NCBI GenBank assembly: GCA_003971905.1
Contig: RSEE01000042.1
Span: 310,001-374,000, forward strand
Length of the DNA: 64,000 nucleotides
Reading direction: 5' to 3'
Source: Moniliella sp. 'wahieum'
Taxonomy: Eukaryota
A program made the translations under genes and the position numbers. A model generated the notes under the pieces. The model had not been told where the DNA came from, made no database searches, and was given only the letters and a program-made list of their open reading frames with translations. Of this stretch, positions 1 through 13,136 are shown piece by piece; position 1 is the stretch's first letter; each line of letters starts with the position of its first letter.

Positions 1-593
1 GTGGTGACGAGCGGACGCAGTTGGGCGTCGAAAAGGTGTAGACCAAGCCGGACGAACTGACAATCAGCAGCAGCACATGGCTGCCGGTGAGCAGGGCAAG
101 TTCGTACGCCTGTGCAGCGCGGACAAAGCCACGTTGACGGGCGAGGTGGCAGTGGCAGTGGCAGTGGCAAGTGTTAGTACACACCCACCTGGGAAAACCG
201 GAACCTAGGCCAGAAGGTGGACGTACCTTTTTCATCAGACCCCATTTGCGCTTGCTAAAGGCAATGTGGCGCTTGGTATCGTCCTCAATAAAGGCCATCG
301 TGATCGGGCGGCGACCAGTGGCCTTGTCGTCGTCGTCGTCGTCGTCGACCTCTGGCTCCTCTTCATCCACAACTTCGCTCTCGCCGTCGGCACGACCGGC
401 CTGGGCCGTCTTGCTCGGTGAACGAGGCGCGGCCGGGGCAGAGGGGGCGGTGTCGGCCGAGTATCGAGGGCAAGGAGACGGACTTGTTCGTCGGTGGCGG
501 GACGGAGGGTGCCGTAGGGCGTCTGGTACGCGCCGTCGGGTAAGGGCGTGACTGTGGCGGGCACTGGGGACGCAGAGGGGAGGCAGTGGACAT
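1..593 (-). CDS. MADS-box transcription factor, SRF/Mcm1 type (runs off left edge)
   Basis: Manual translation: acidic tract, then GRRPITMAFIEDDTKRHIAFSKRKWGLMKK / intron 110-226 (GTACGT..TACTAAC..CAG) / AYELALLTGSHVLLLIVSSSGLVYTFSTP. GLVYTFSTP is the SRF/Mcm1 signature. ATG at 593 is tentative. Confidence 0.9.
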
Positions 594-1510
594 GGCGGGT
601 GGTGGGCAGAGGGAGCGGGGCGGGCGAAGAGGAATGGGTAATGGACCCGACGGGGTGCGGAAGGCGGGCCAGGGCGTGTGGGACGGCGTGGCAGCCAGGG
701 CGTTGTACCTTGTACGCAGAGATCGACGCTGGGCGAGGGGGCTGCTCTGATTGACTGTGGATGCTGGCGCTGGCCTGCCTGGGTTGCGTCTGGGGCAGCG
801 TCGATCATCGATCATCCAGCGTGTTGGTGGCTGGGGGTGCTGGACGAGGGTGCGCCACGGTGGCGCCTGGACGCGCACTGTGCCCCCGTGGCGGGGGGGG
901 GAGGGCGGCCGACATGCCAGACCATTGATTCATTGGCATCGAAGACCCCCGCCCAGGCCTCCGCCGTCCCCCTGGCTGTCCCGTGCCAGAGGCGGCTGGC
1001 TGCGCTGAGTGCGCCCCATGTCCACACGCCCCACTGTCACCCATCACCCCATCACACTCGCCTGCCTTCCCGCCTTCCGCTTCCGGCTGCGCTCTGCACT
1101 CGGCACGGCCAGCCGCGCTTCCTCGTTTCCACACGCAGCGGAGCGGCACGATTTCAATGCTGCGGCTGCGTGTTTCAATGTTCAGAGTGGCCCGCGCGCA
1201 CGTGGCAGGCTCCGTGAGCTCAGCCAGCGCTCAGCTCCGTCGGGCTGTCTGCGCACGGCATGCAATCTGCATGCGCAGGCTCAGCGCTGAGGCTCAGCAG
1301 CAGCCCAGCACAGCCGCGCTTACTCACCAGCCGCCCGATAGGCACGGCGGAGCACATGGGCTGACGTCAGCGGCGTCAGGTGGGGGCTCGCCGCGCTGGC
1401 CTGGGCTGCGGCTGCGCTGCTGGCTCGGCTGGCTGCATCGCCCGCGCCAGCGCTTCCCTCAGCAGCCACAGCAGGCCGCACGCGTGGCTCTTGGGTCTGT
1501 GCTGCCATCC

Positions 1511-4257
1511 ATGTCCCAGTCGTAGTCTCCGCCCGCCCACCCCACCCCATCTGCCCATCTGACCCCCCCCCCCCGCCGCCAGCTCGACAGCACGTCCGCG
1601 CCGCCACCAAGCCCAACGGGCGTGCGCCCAAGCCCAGCACATCGACCCCCTCCTCGCCCACACCTTCTCCCGTGACCGCGACCTCCGCGACCTCGTCCAT
1701 GCCCTCGCTTCCCGTCTCTCCGACCGCGACCCCGAGGTCGCCTTCAAGACGCTCATCGTCATCCACACCCTCGTCCGCAACGGCGGCGTCGAAGAGGCCT
1801 CTCCACCGTCGCCGGGGGGATTGCGCCCAACAACTCAAGGCCTTGGCCGGCCGCGGCGGCTATGGCGGCGCGTCGCGCGGGGCCACCGCGTACGCTTCAC
1901 TCGTCCGCAGCTACGCGACCTACCTAGACGATCGCGTGCGCGCCTATAAGGAGCTCCATCACGACGTCATCGTGTCTCTGACACGGACCGCGCAGGCGCG
2001 GGCACCTCCAACCGCTTGCGCAAGCTCACTGTCGACCGGGGCCTACTGCGCGAAATTGGCATTACGCAGAAAGTGGGAAACTCGGTGCTCAATGCTGACG
2101 TATGTTGGATGCTGCCCCTGCCCTTTCCTTGCGCTGCACTCACCTCACCTCACCTCGCCTCATCTCGCCTCACTAACTCTCCCTCTCATCTCAGTTCTTC
2201 TCCGAGGATTTGCAAGACCCGCTGGTGATCGTGGCAGCTCAGATGTGCTTCAAGGACGTGCTGGCTGTGTATGCCGGGATCAACGAGGGAGTGATCAACA
2301 TGCTTGAACATTACTTTGAATGGCCAAAACGGATGCTGCTCGTGCCTCGAGCTGTACCGCCGCTTCGTCAGCCAGACGGAGAAGGTAGTAAGCTACCTCA
2401 ACCAATCCCGCGGGTGTCGCAATCGCTGGGCTTCCAAGTTCCCAAGCTTCGCCATGCGCCTACTGGCCTGGCCACTGCCTTGCATGAGTACCTCAACGAT
2501 CCTAACTTTGAACAGAACCGGCTCGAGTACAAGGAGAGCAAGCGGATTGCCGATGGAGGCGCCCCTTCCCAACCCCCGCCTAGCAAGCCCAAGGAGAACC
2601 CCCAAAGCGCCAGAGCCAGCACCACCCCGCGGCCCCCAAGCCCTACAGATAACCAGGCGGTCCAGGATTTCTTTGCCTCCATCGATACCAATCCGGCACA
2701 GTCAACGTTTGCCGTCCCTCATGATACGTTCAATGATATGTACGGCGGCATGTACGCCCAACCGACCGGCATGGGCGGCATGTACGACCCTTCTCTGCAG
2801 ATGGGCATGCAACCGCAGCCGACCGGCTTTAACCCCTTTGTCCAGCCGATGATGGCGCAGCCCACTGGGTTCATGCCCCCCAACAAACAGGGATGGTACA
2901 ACCGGCCTTCACCGGAGCTCCCCCGGTGCCTTCTCTGCCGACGCAAGGCCAGGCGCTACCCCAAACGCAGGCACTCACCGCTCAGCAGACGGGCACCTTC
3001 AACCCTTTCGGCCTGGTGCGGTGGGCACGCAACTGCCTGTGGGGGCGCAGGCAACGGGCATGTCCTCGCAACAGCTCCAGCCGCAAGTGACGGCTTTGCG
3101 TTTGGTTCGACGCAGTACCCCCTCACGGCCCAAGTGACGGGGCCAGTGCGGGCCCAACCCTGCGCACTTACCTCCTGTGCGCGATGGGCGGACCAAGAGT
3201 CCGCCGCCTGCGCGTTCGGCCGGTGCGGCCAAGCCGTTGACGGCCCAAAAGACAGGATCGAGGAACCGTTTGCGCCGCCAGGCGGCCTTCCTTCCCCGCT
3301 CCTTCCCGTCCTACCTTGCCCACCTTATCCGAGCTGGCAGAGCAAGGGGTCACCAACAAGTATGGCCTTGGTGCCGATGGCTGGGACGGTGCTTCCTCCT
3401 CCACCGCTACCACCACCGCCCCACCCTCCCAGCCTTCCAGTTTGGCGCCGCAGCCTACCGGTCTGCTGGGCAATGTGGCTAGTGAATTTACGCGTTCGGG
3501 CCAAGCGAATTTACAAGCGCAAGCGACCGGCGCGCCTCCGCCGACCACCCAAGGCCTGTCCAACGCAATGGGCTCCTTGTCGCTGAACACGGCAGTGCTG
3601 AGCCAGCCAACGGGAATCGGGAGTGGAGCGAGCCCTGCCGGCGGCCTGGGTACGCCCGGCGGCCTCGCCCCCCAAGCCACCGGTACCGTTCGGCCTTTCA
3701 AGCCCGAATCGGCGTTTGGCGCCAGTCTGGCAAGCCAGCCCACGGGGGCCGGCGCGGTGGCCAACCCGTTTGGTGCCAGTAGCGGCTTGTCGGTCCAGAC
3801 GGGAGCAGGAGCAGGAGCAGGAGTAGGAGCAGGACTGGGCAGTGTGCCAGCTGGCTCGCCCGCCTCGCCGCTCTCTTTGGCGGGTGTCGGGGGGCAGTCT
3901 ACCGGCTCGGGTTGGGTGGGAGTGGGCTGACGGCCCAGCCAACGGGTTTTGGGTCGCAGCTCCTTGGATCGGGAGCGGGAGCGGAGAGGGGGTGGGGGCC
4001 CAAGCTCCCGCCCTGTCCCTGTCGCAAACGCCTGGATTGGGAAGCAATGGGCTGGCGCCAACGTCCTTTGCAAGTGCTAATGGCAGCTTGTCCCCTCGCC
4101 GTTGGCGACGCAAACAACGGGCTTGCCCGGTTCGAGTGTCAAGCCGTTCCAGCCCTCGAGCGCGTTTGGCCAATCGCAGTTCCAGCCCGGCCCACTGGGC
4201 GCTCAGCCAACGGGCGCAGGCGTGCCGGGACAGACCACATTTGGCACGTTGATTTGA
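1511..4257 (+). CDS. ANTH-domain clathrin adaptor (AP180/Yap1801-like) with long QPTG/NPF-rich tail
   Basis: Fragments across frames: VAFKTLIVIHTLVRNG, YATYLDDRVRAYKELHHDVI, LRKLTVDRGLLREI, GINEGVINMLEHYFE, LRHAPTGLATALHEYLNDPNFEQNRLEYK; many QPTG and NPF motifs; ends FGTLI*. Introns about 1522-1582 and 2100-2193. Confidence 0.88.
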
Positions 4258-5360
4258 CCTGGACCATGATTCAATGGGCTGACAGGCTGGGGCGCTAGGG
4301 CCCACGCATGCATCGGCATCACCTCATTGATCTGAGATCTGAGAATCTGATCTCTGATTCCCGCTTAGGCCTGAGGCTCAGGCTTATTCTCAATCGATTA
4401 TTCCCTTGACCTGCAGAGGCAGTTGGATGGATGGTTCAACTAGTCCAATTCATGAAGCATGGCCCCCCCCCTTTTCCCTCCCCCTCTTTCTTCCCTTGCT
4501 GTCTTTCCTCTGTTCCCTCTTTTCCCCGGTCCCCACGCTCACTGTCCCGGCTGGGCACGGTGGCCGTTTCCTCGTGACGACTGCTATTCTACCGGCGGTG
4601 TCCCGCTTCTTGTTCTTATCTTTCCCCCCTCCCCTGCGACCGCCCTCTGTTGTGTTTTCTCGCCCCTCGCCCCGCAGCGGGGTCGGGAGGAAACAGCGAC
4701 AGTGTGGCATGCCAATGGACCGCCTGCCCATCGCCGCGTGTGCGCCGTGAAGCATAGAGAGAGCAGCCCTCGGCCCATCGTTCTGCGCGGGACGATGCAG
4801 ATGATGTCTGTTGGGTGTTGGGTGGGCTTGGATTCATCTCCAGACCAGGCGAGGCGCGGGTGGCCGCGAGTGAAAGCGGCTGGGGCGGCGCTCTTTCACA
4901 TGCGCGGCCACTCGCCCCTCCCAGAGCCAACCGTGCGCCGCGGGCCAGCGCCAATGTGCGGGAAAATCAGCCAGGCAGCACAGCACAGCAGCCCCATGCA
5001 CACCATCCACCGCACACCCCCTGCAGCAGCCGCTGCACGCCGTCACCGGCCACCCACGCAGGACGCATGACGGCATGACGCACGATACCCACCCCACACT
5101 GCCCCTGTGCCATCCGCGTCGCCCAGCTGCGCTGCTGGTGCTGCCCGCACCCGCGCCCGGCACTGGCGCTGTGCGGCCCACCGCACACTGCCCCTGTGCG
5201 GGGCGGCGGGCAGGGCCAGCGCGGCGGGCGAAGGCGGCCGCAGCCCCGCCCAGCGCAGCCCACGCCCGACTTCCACTCGGCGCCTCGCACGCCCCCTGCC
5301 ACCACCTCCTCCCCCACCCCCCCGCCCCTCCCCTCTCCTCCCCCTCCGCACACTCGCACG

Positions 5361-8300
5361 ATGCTGCGCGGCCACAAGGGCGACACGTATGCGGCGACTG
5401 CAGGACGCCCGCATGCGTGGCGCCTGGGACGCCCCCGCCTCCCCCCCCGCCGCCAAGCACTCCAAGCTGGGCAAGCCCAAGCCCAAGGCCGAGTTTGCTG
5501 TTGCCCCGTCTCCCACCTCGCGCGTAAGCTCTCCAAGCGCCACAGCGGGGGCGTTGGCGACGTTGCCTCGGCCGAGTTTGAGCTGCGCGCTTTCCTGCGT
5601 GCGTACTGGGACGAGGTGGGCTGGAACGCCCGCAGCCACGCCTCGGACTTTGCCCGCCCCGCCCATGTGGCCACACTGCCTTCCCCCCGCCCGTGCCCCA
5701 GTCGGGATCGGGGCGCGACCTGGGGCAGCGACAAGTACGCTGGCATCCTGTCCAACCTCGATGGCTGTACAAGCGCGCCAGCACCGAGGCCCAGAAGAAC
5801 TCGATCCTGCCCATCCTCGCCTACGCCCTGCTGCATGCCGGCCGCGAGGAGGAGGCGGTGATGGTGCTGCACGATGCGCATTTCATCGAGTCGCTCTCGA
5901 TTGAGGAGATGCGATCGACGAGTCACAGCGGCGACTATGACGTGGTGTTGGTCATCTTGGGCTTTGTCGTGTACGGCATGGCCAACGAGCGCTTGCACCA
6001 CGCGGACCCCAAGGCAGGCTATGCGCCATTTGCATTTGCCGGCTACGCACGTGCGATTGACTTGTACGACGGGGTGCGGGGCACGCTCAAGGGTAGCACG
6101 CCGACGAGATGGACCGGTGGGGCGCATTGGCACTGTACCGCACGCGCTCTGAGCGTTCGCGAAGGAGAGACGATCTCGCGCTCAATGCGCTGCGTGCGTA
6201 CCAGACCCATGCTACCCGCTGGCTGCCCTCCTTTGTCCCAACGGAGCGCGCGGTGATTTACCGTACCTACCTCGAAGTGCTCAACCGGTCCGTTGTCCAG
6301 CGCGCTACCAGCCTCCGCCTCTCACGCCCGAACCGGGCCAACACGACCCTCGCTCGCAGATTACCAGATCAAGGTGCTGCAGACGGTCGCGGCGCGCGTG
6401 CCCATCATCAGTGGTGTCAGTGGCGAGAAGGGGGCGCCGAGTCCCGTTCGGCCCGGCTCCACCGCTCGCTCGGTCATCAGCCGCACCGTTTCCTCTCGTC
6501 GTCCCCGCCGCAGCAGCGCATGCGTCCTGGTTCCTTGGTCTGGGGCGACGAGGTGTACACGGTCAGCGCGGCCCTTTCGCCCATCCTCGCTCGCTCCAGA
6601 TTTCCCTCGCGCCGGCCAAACCAATTTGCTCATGCTGGAATTGGCCGATGCGCTGATGACGTCGTGGAAACTCAATGGGCAAGAAGGCGGACTGGTCGCG
6701 GACGACTGGTGCAAGTACGTATCGTATCCTTCCCCCTACCCCCTCGCTTCGAATTGCCCCCTCCTTCCCTCCCTCCCTTTCTCCCTCCCCCCCCCCTCAC
6801 TATCGTCCTGAATACTAACGTCATTCCAGACCTTGTACGTGATGACACGGATGACGTTTGACTCGCACCTCATCACCGGAGTCTGATGGAGGCGCTCACT
6901 GTGGCGGAGCAGTACGAAGAGGCGGAACGTGCGCTTGGTCTGTACGTTGAGCTGGTGAACAAGGCGCGCGAGGCGGCGGAGGCCGAGCGCAAGAATGCGC
7001 GCAAAACAGAGGAAGATGCCCAGTCGGAGGCCTCGGCCGCGTCGGCCAAAATTTGACGATCACGACGATAGCGAAACGTATGCGCGTTCGTTGCTGTTTG
7101 GGGCACGGCTACTGGGCAAGGGATGGGCAAGCACCGCGAAGCGGACGAGTTGGCTCGCCAGGCCTTGGCCATGGTGGAGACCGATGCTGAGTGCTGCCTC
7201 CCTCCGAAGATGCCGACCAGGAAGAGAAGCAAGCCCATGCGGAGCTCCTGGCGTACATCAGCGTGGCGCTGGGATGCACGCAGCGCGCTTGCCGCTGCCC
7301 AAACCGACCCAGTGCAACGTCGGCGATGCACAAGGAGGCTCTTGCTCTCCTCACTGCCTCGGCCAAAGGCGACGACCAGGCCGCCGAGACGTTTTACCAC
7401 CTCGCCCGTCTACAGACCCAACTGCACGAGATTCCGCGGCGACAGTGTCGGCGCGCAAGGCGGTGGAATTGGAGCCAGCGGCGATTGAGCCTTGGCACCT
7501 GCTTGTCCTTCTGCTTTCGTGCAAGAAGATTACAAGGGGGCTCTGCGCCTGGCCTCGATCGCCCTCGATGCGGCTGACACGGACGCAACTCATGATGAGG
7601 CGGTGGCCGACCAGGAAGCTGCCTTGGCCGGGTCGGGGGAGGAGCACGAAATCTTGGAGGCGGTTGAGTTGCGGACGGAATTGTTGTCGTATGACTTCCC
7701 CCGACCCAAGCGGAGCGGGACGAGGCGGGCTTGAGCTGCTCATCACGCACAATGCCCTGGAGGAACTTGTGGCCGGCACGGCAGTAGCGATTGATGGACA
7801 AAAGGGATCTCCTCTACTTTCACAACCATATCGCGAGCGATGCCAGCAACGTCTGGGCCACACCAAGAAGGGACCGCTGCCCCAGCACGCGCTGTCGAAC
7901 GAGGTGTTGGAAATTGATACGCACCCGCCCGGCTACTTTCACCGCCGTGGGTCGCGGTTCGCTGCGCTTCTGCACGAAGGGCTGAACGCCAAGCACTCGG
8001 CTTCCTCAGCCTCGGACCCCGAGGCTGGTGCGTACAGTACCGTCACTGGTCTTGGCAGACGGGGATCAAAGCAGCCACGACGGCCACTGTCGTGCTCGGC
8101 ACGGAGGATGTAGCTAGTCCCGTTGCGGCCCCGCCTCCTGTCGCCGTCGACGGCGGCGCAGACGGCGAGCCAGCGCAAAGCGCGCACCACACCGGCAGAA
8201 CTGGCTCGGTGAAGCAGCGGTCTCGGTCGGAAAACAATCCTCGCTCGTCTCTGGCTCATGAGCGCCGCCACGTTCCGTCGTGCTGGTCAGCTGGCCGACA

Positions 8301-8885
8301 GCCGTGTCGCATTCAAGAAGCCGAACGTGCCGTGCCCGACTTGGCACCCGTGTGGACCCAACTGGCGTTGTACCACACTGAAAACGACCGGCTCACGCCG
8401 GCCACCAACAGTTTGTACAAGGCCTTGGCCTGTGACCCGCACGCGGTCCCAGCCGCCGTGCACTTGGCTCGCCTCTTGCTCTCCCGCCCGGACGAGGTAC
8501 CAGTCGCGTCGTCCAATGCCGTTTCGCACCAAGAGGCGCCTCCGCTCAGCCGCACCATCGCCGCTCCTTCCCTCGGCGCGACCGCGTCGACGCCAAGCCC
8601 GAGCGGACGCGGACGCAACCGCGGACGCGGCCCTGTCTTGCCCAAGGGTGTCACCTGGCGGCAGAGACCAAGTTGACGGCGCTGTCGTTGGCCGAGGCAT
8701 TGCTCACCTCGGCCAGCTCAGGAAGCGGATGGGACGTGGCCGAGGCGTGGCTCTACTTGGGTCATGTTGCCCGCCTGACCCAACGCCCGGAGCGAGCGGT
8801 GGAATGTCTCAAGTACGCGCTGTGGTTGGAACAAACCAAGCCCGTTCGCCCGCTCACCGAGGCGCTGCCCTTGTCGCTGGCGTAA
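5361..8885 (+). CDS. YPP1: Ypp1/TTC7-like TPR protein (PI4-kinase complex scaffold)
   Basis: Long helical/TPR fragments (AVELEPAAIEPWHLLVLLLS, LYKALACDPHAVPAAVHLARLLL) and C-terminus GWDVAEAWLYLG..ECLKYALWLEQTKPVRP. Intron 6715-6829 with TACTAAC. Start approximate. Confidence 0.75.
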
Positions 8886-9312
8886 CCTTTATCGTATCGT
8901 ATTTCTTTTGGTCCCCTTGCCTTTCCCTTCCTTTCATTTCCATTGCTTTGCGTTGTCTTTTTTTCCTGTGTCCCTTAGTGGTGCCCCATCTCGAGGCTCG
9001 CGTCCTGCTTTGTGCATTGAATGTGCCCTGGTGCAAGGACCCGGCGTGCGGGTGGTAGCGTTTTGGTTGCGAGTCTTGGATGGCAGGGGGGGGGAGGCAG
9101 CGTGGTGTGTTGCTTGTGTCTATGATAGAGTCGCTGAGAGCAAGGCAGGCAGGCGGAGGTGGAGCCAGGATGGAGCCATTCTGTGGCGCCAGAACATTTC
9201 ATTTGTTCAGCGAAGACTGGGTGCTGGCCGCTGCTGGGCTGGACAATAAATGAGGCCTGAGGCTCCGAGGCCGAAGACGTTACCTCCTCGCTCCCCCCAC
9301 CCCCCACCCAGC

Positions 9313-10778
9313 ATGCTCCTCCCTCTCGTCCGTTGCGGCTGCAGGCCGCCGCGACCACCGCGCGCCCCATCCCCGTGCTGATTGGCCTTGTGTCCCGTGC
9401 TGCCCCCCCCCCCCGCCCACGACGTACGTCTGCCCCCCCGCCCATGCGGGGCAAGTGCGTGCGTTAGTGCGTCGGCCTGGGCCGGGGCCAAAAAGGCACC
9501 CAAAAAGGGAGCTGTCAAGGGAAAGAAGGGTGTGGCGAGGGACCCAAGCCCCGACTGGGTCGGTGTCCAACAAGTTCGTCTCTTTTCTTCGTTCTTTTCT
9601 CTTCTCTTGGTGTGGCTGCCATGCGCTTCTCGAGTCCCGGCTGACGCAGCTTTAGTTTGAAGATGGGCATTGTGGGCATGCCGAATGTAGGCAAAAGTTC
9701 CTTGTTCAACCTGTTGTGCCAAAGTGAACAGGCCAATGCGGCCAACTTCCCATTTGCGACGATTGAACCCGAGGAAAGCAAGGTGGTGCTCAAAGACGCC
9801 CGCTTTGACTTTTTGGTCAACCTGTACGCGCCCAAGAGCGTGGTGCCTGCGCACTTGACTGTGCTGGACATTGCTGGCCTCACAGCGGGAGCGTCCAAGG
9901 GGGCGGGTTGGGGAACGCGTTCCTCTCCAACGTGCGTTCCGTCGACGGCATTTTCCAGGTAGTGCGCGCGTTTAAGGACGATGAGGTGACCCATGTGGAG
10001 GGCGAGGTGGATCCGGTGCGGGACATGGACATTATCTCGACCGAACTGCGCCTCAAGGATCTGGAATGGACCGAAAAGGCGTTGGAACAGGCCAAGCAAA
10101 AGGCCAAGCAGCGCACTACCAACTCGGTCGAAGCGCAGCGCCGCCAAACTGAAAACAAACCTTGGAAAAAGTGTACGCGCTGCTGTCGGAGAACCGAGAC
10201 GTGCGCAAAGGCGAATGGACCGAGGACGAGATTGAGGTGATCAACACCCTCACCCTTCTTACCGCCAAGCCGGTCATTTACCTTGTCAATGTCAACGAGA
10301 CGGACTATGTCGATCCAGCAAGAACATCTGGATGAAGCAGATCCAACAGTGGGTGGACCAGAACAACCCTGGTGATATGATTGTGCCAGTGAGCATCGGG
10401 CTCGAGCAAACCTTACTCGCCCTGGATTCTCCTGCGGACCAGGAAACGGCATTGAAGGAGTTGGGACCCAACGTGCAGAGCGCGCTGACCCAGATCACGG
10501 ACGCTGGGTACCGGGCACTGGACCTGATTTATTACTTTACTGCGGGCAAAGACGAGGTACGTGCGTGGACGGTTCGGCGGGGCACGTTGGCGCCGCAGGC
10601 GGCAGCTGTGATCCACTCCGACTTTGAGAAGCGGTTCATCTCGGCCGAGGTGATGCTGTCTCAAGATTTGATTGCTGCCGGCAGCGAAAGCGCGCTTCGC
10701 GCAGCTGGCAAGTACCACAACAAAGGACGCGCATGGGCCGTCGAAGATGGAGCGATCTGTTTCTGGAAGCTGGGTTGA
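9313..10778 (+). CDS. OLA1: Obg-like ATPase Ola1/YchF family
   Basis: [11 protein letters not shown] (G1), [45 protein letters not shown]-region [29 protein letters not shown]. Start uncertain (9313-9490); intron about 9574-9650. Confidence 0.9.
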
Positions 10779-10970
10779 CCTAGCCCAAAGGCCCTGAAGG
10801 CATGTGGCGGAAGAGCCGAGCTAGGGACCCCCGGCATGCCAGAGGCCATTTTCTACGAACGGGTTGAACTGCGGTTTGGGTACGAGGATAAGCAATCCAT
10901 GGACGGAGGAGGAGGAGGAGAGGAGGAAGAGGGTCTTCTCATTGAACAAGCGCATACACAGGTGGGCACC

Positions 10971-11492
10971 TTAGCCGTACACGAGACGGAAAACGTCATT
11001 GTAGACGTAGAACGAGCCACCCTCGGGGTTCAGGGTGAAGGTCTGGGTGAACTGGAGTGGCGCAGGCGAGTCGTCCACCAGCAGCTTGCCCGTAACAAGC
11101 ACGACAATGCTGCTGCTGTCGGCGCCGGTCGGCTGAGCATCCTTGGTGTCAACCTGGTGCTTGACCGACTGGAAGGGCAGCGTCTTGAGCTTCTCGATGA
11201 TGGCCGCTGCGCCCTGGTGCTGGGAGCCCTCAAACGTGAGCATCGAGTGGTCGCGCTGGGGCGGAAAGAGGAAAACGGATGGGCAAGGTGAGGGTGGCGC
11301 GGCAAGAGCGCGTGGGAGCAGCGGGGCACAGGAGAGGGGTACGCACGTAGAGGGGCGCCAGGGCGTCGCGCGACGAGTCGAACTGCGAGTAGTAGAAGTT
11401 GACAAACTGATGGAATGCGGATCGGAGCAGTCAGTACCCAGACGTCGGCGGGGGCGGGGGCGTGGGCATACCTGGTCGGCGATGGACTCCAT
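10971..11492 (-). CDS. NTF2: Nuclear transport factor 2
   Basis: Exons 11472-11492, 11347-11406, 10971-11255 splice cleanly to [50 protein letters not shown]. Confidence 0.96.
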   Translation of the reverse strand: [173 protein letters not shown]

Positions 11493-12144
11493 GGCTGGGC
11501 AGCGGCGCGGCGGGTGGTGGCGAGCAGCGGCGGATGTCGGCGTGTGGGGTGGGTGCTTCAGCACGCGCACGCCTCTGCCTCGGCTGCTGCTGCCCAGAAG
11601 CGCAGAACGCATCCGCCAACCCTACTGTGCCCGCCCCGATGCGAACGCAGCCAACACCGAGTCACGTGACCCTGCAGTCGGCCATGGCCCGCCTGATCCT
11701 AGATGGCACTGGCCAGGACGCTGTCCGATCGCAGAGGGCTGATGCATCGCTGATGCGCTGGTTGCTGGTGCGCCTGCCTGCCGGCCTGCCTATACGACCA
11801 CAGCGTCCAGTGTTTGTTCCCTTGCCCGCTGGGTGGCCACCCGTCGTCCACCCCTGTTATGGACGCCGCGGACGACGGATTCGATAGCCGGCTAATGATC
11901 ATGGTGTCCCAGTAACAGTAAGTGAGGGCAGGGAGGCAGTGATAGGGAGGAGAAGAACCGCAGTGGGGTGAAGCGTCGAGTCCAGACGCAGGAATAGGTG
12001 AGGAAGAGAACGCGGGGGATGGCACAAGCGCAGTGGAGGCGGAGGGGAGACGGGCGTGGTGCCGCAGGACGAAGACCAATGTGATTCTGGGCTATGTTAT
12101 GGGCTGGCCCTCGGACCGACCGCCGTGGTGGGCAGCACAAGCCT

Positions 12145-13136
12145 TCACATGTTGGGCTGTACGCCGAGCGACTTGGCTTTCGTCCAGGCCGCATCCACCC
12201 GATCCAGCATCGACTGCACCAACTTGACCGCACCCTTTCGTGCCTGTCGCAGCTCATCCGTCTGGGCATGTACATTGTCCAATGACAACAGCTGGCGCAA
12301 TAGCAGCTCGGACAGCTTCTTTTGCTGGAAGACAATCTGGTGTAGGTTGAGGCGACCAGCGGCTGTGGCATTGGGCCCAGTTAAGCGGATGTCCTCTGGT
12401 GCCAGCTCTTGCAATTCCTGGGTCTTTTCCAGGCCTTCTTGTCCGACGATGCTACGCTCTTCTCAAGTTGTTCCACTTCGGGAAGCAGTCCACTTCAGCC
12501 ACCCGTTGCGCTTCCTGAATCCGCCGCAAAATGCCTTGGTCCGACTGGTCTGCCTCAGCTGCCTTTCGCACTGCTGCAGCGGCTTGTTGCGCTTCAAATT
12601 CGGCGGGGGACGGGAGCTAGCGTGCTCGGCGGCTGCACCGCCATGCTTGCTTTTGGAATGCGAAGGATGCGGCTGAGTTGTCGGCTGTTGACTCTGCTTG
12701 CGAGGAATGCGATCTGGCTTGGCCCGGCTCTCTTTGCCCACCAACGTGACTCTACCGCCATCTCTCAACCGATACTTGTACAGCGGCGCGCGGTCGTCCT
12801 TCATAAGCACGCCGCCCGCGACGACTTGCATCTGGTCGTACGGGATGGAGGTGGCAGCCGAGAGCTGCCTCTTGAGATCAGCAAGGGTAGGGGCGTAGGA
12901 CGTTGGCGGCAGGTCAATGTAAAGCCTGCATTGCATATTGAGTCAGTCTCATAGACACAAAAACAACGTTGGCGGTGGGTAGCCAAATGAGGGTACGCAC
13001 GTCTGCGGACCCCAGCGCACCTCGAGCCGGGGATGGGTTCGGGGGAAGGAGGGCCGGATTGTCTCGCCGGTGGCGTGGTGGAGGGCGAGTCGAAGCCAGC
13101 GCCCCATCGAGGCCAGTTGCCGCTAAACCAGGACAT
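12145..13136 (-). CDS. BAG-family Hsp70 cochaperone (ubiquitin-like + BAG domain)
   Basis: UBL: TLADLKRQLSAATSIPYDQMQVVAGGVLMKDDRAPLYKYRLRDGGRVTLVG. BAG: LSELLLRQLLSLDNV..RQARKGAVKLVQSMLDRVD. Intron about 12926-13000. Confidence 0.85.
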
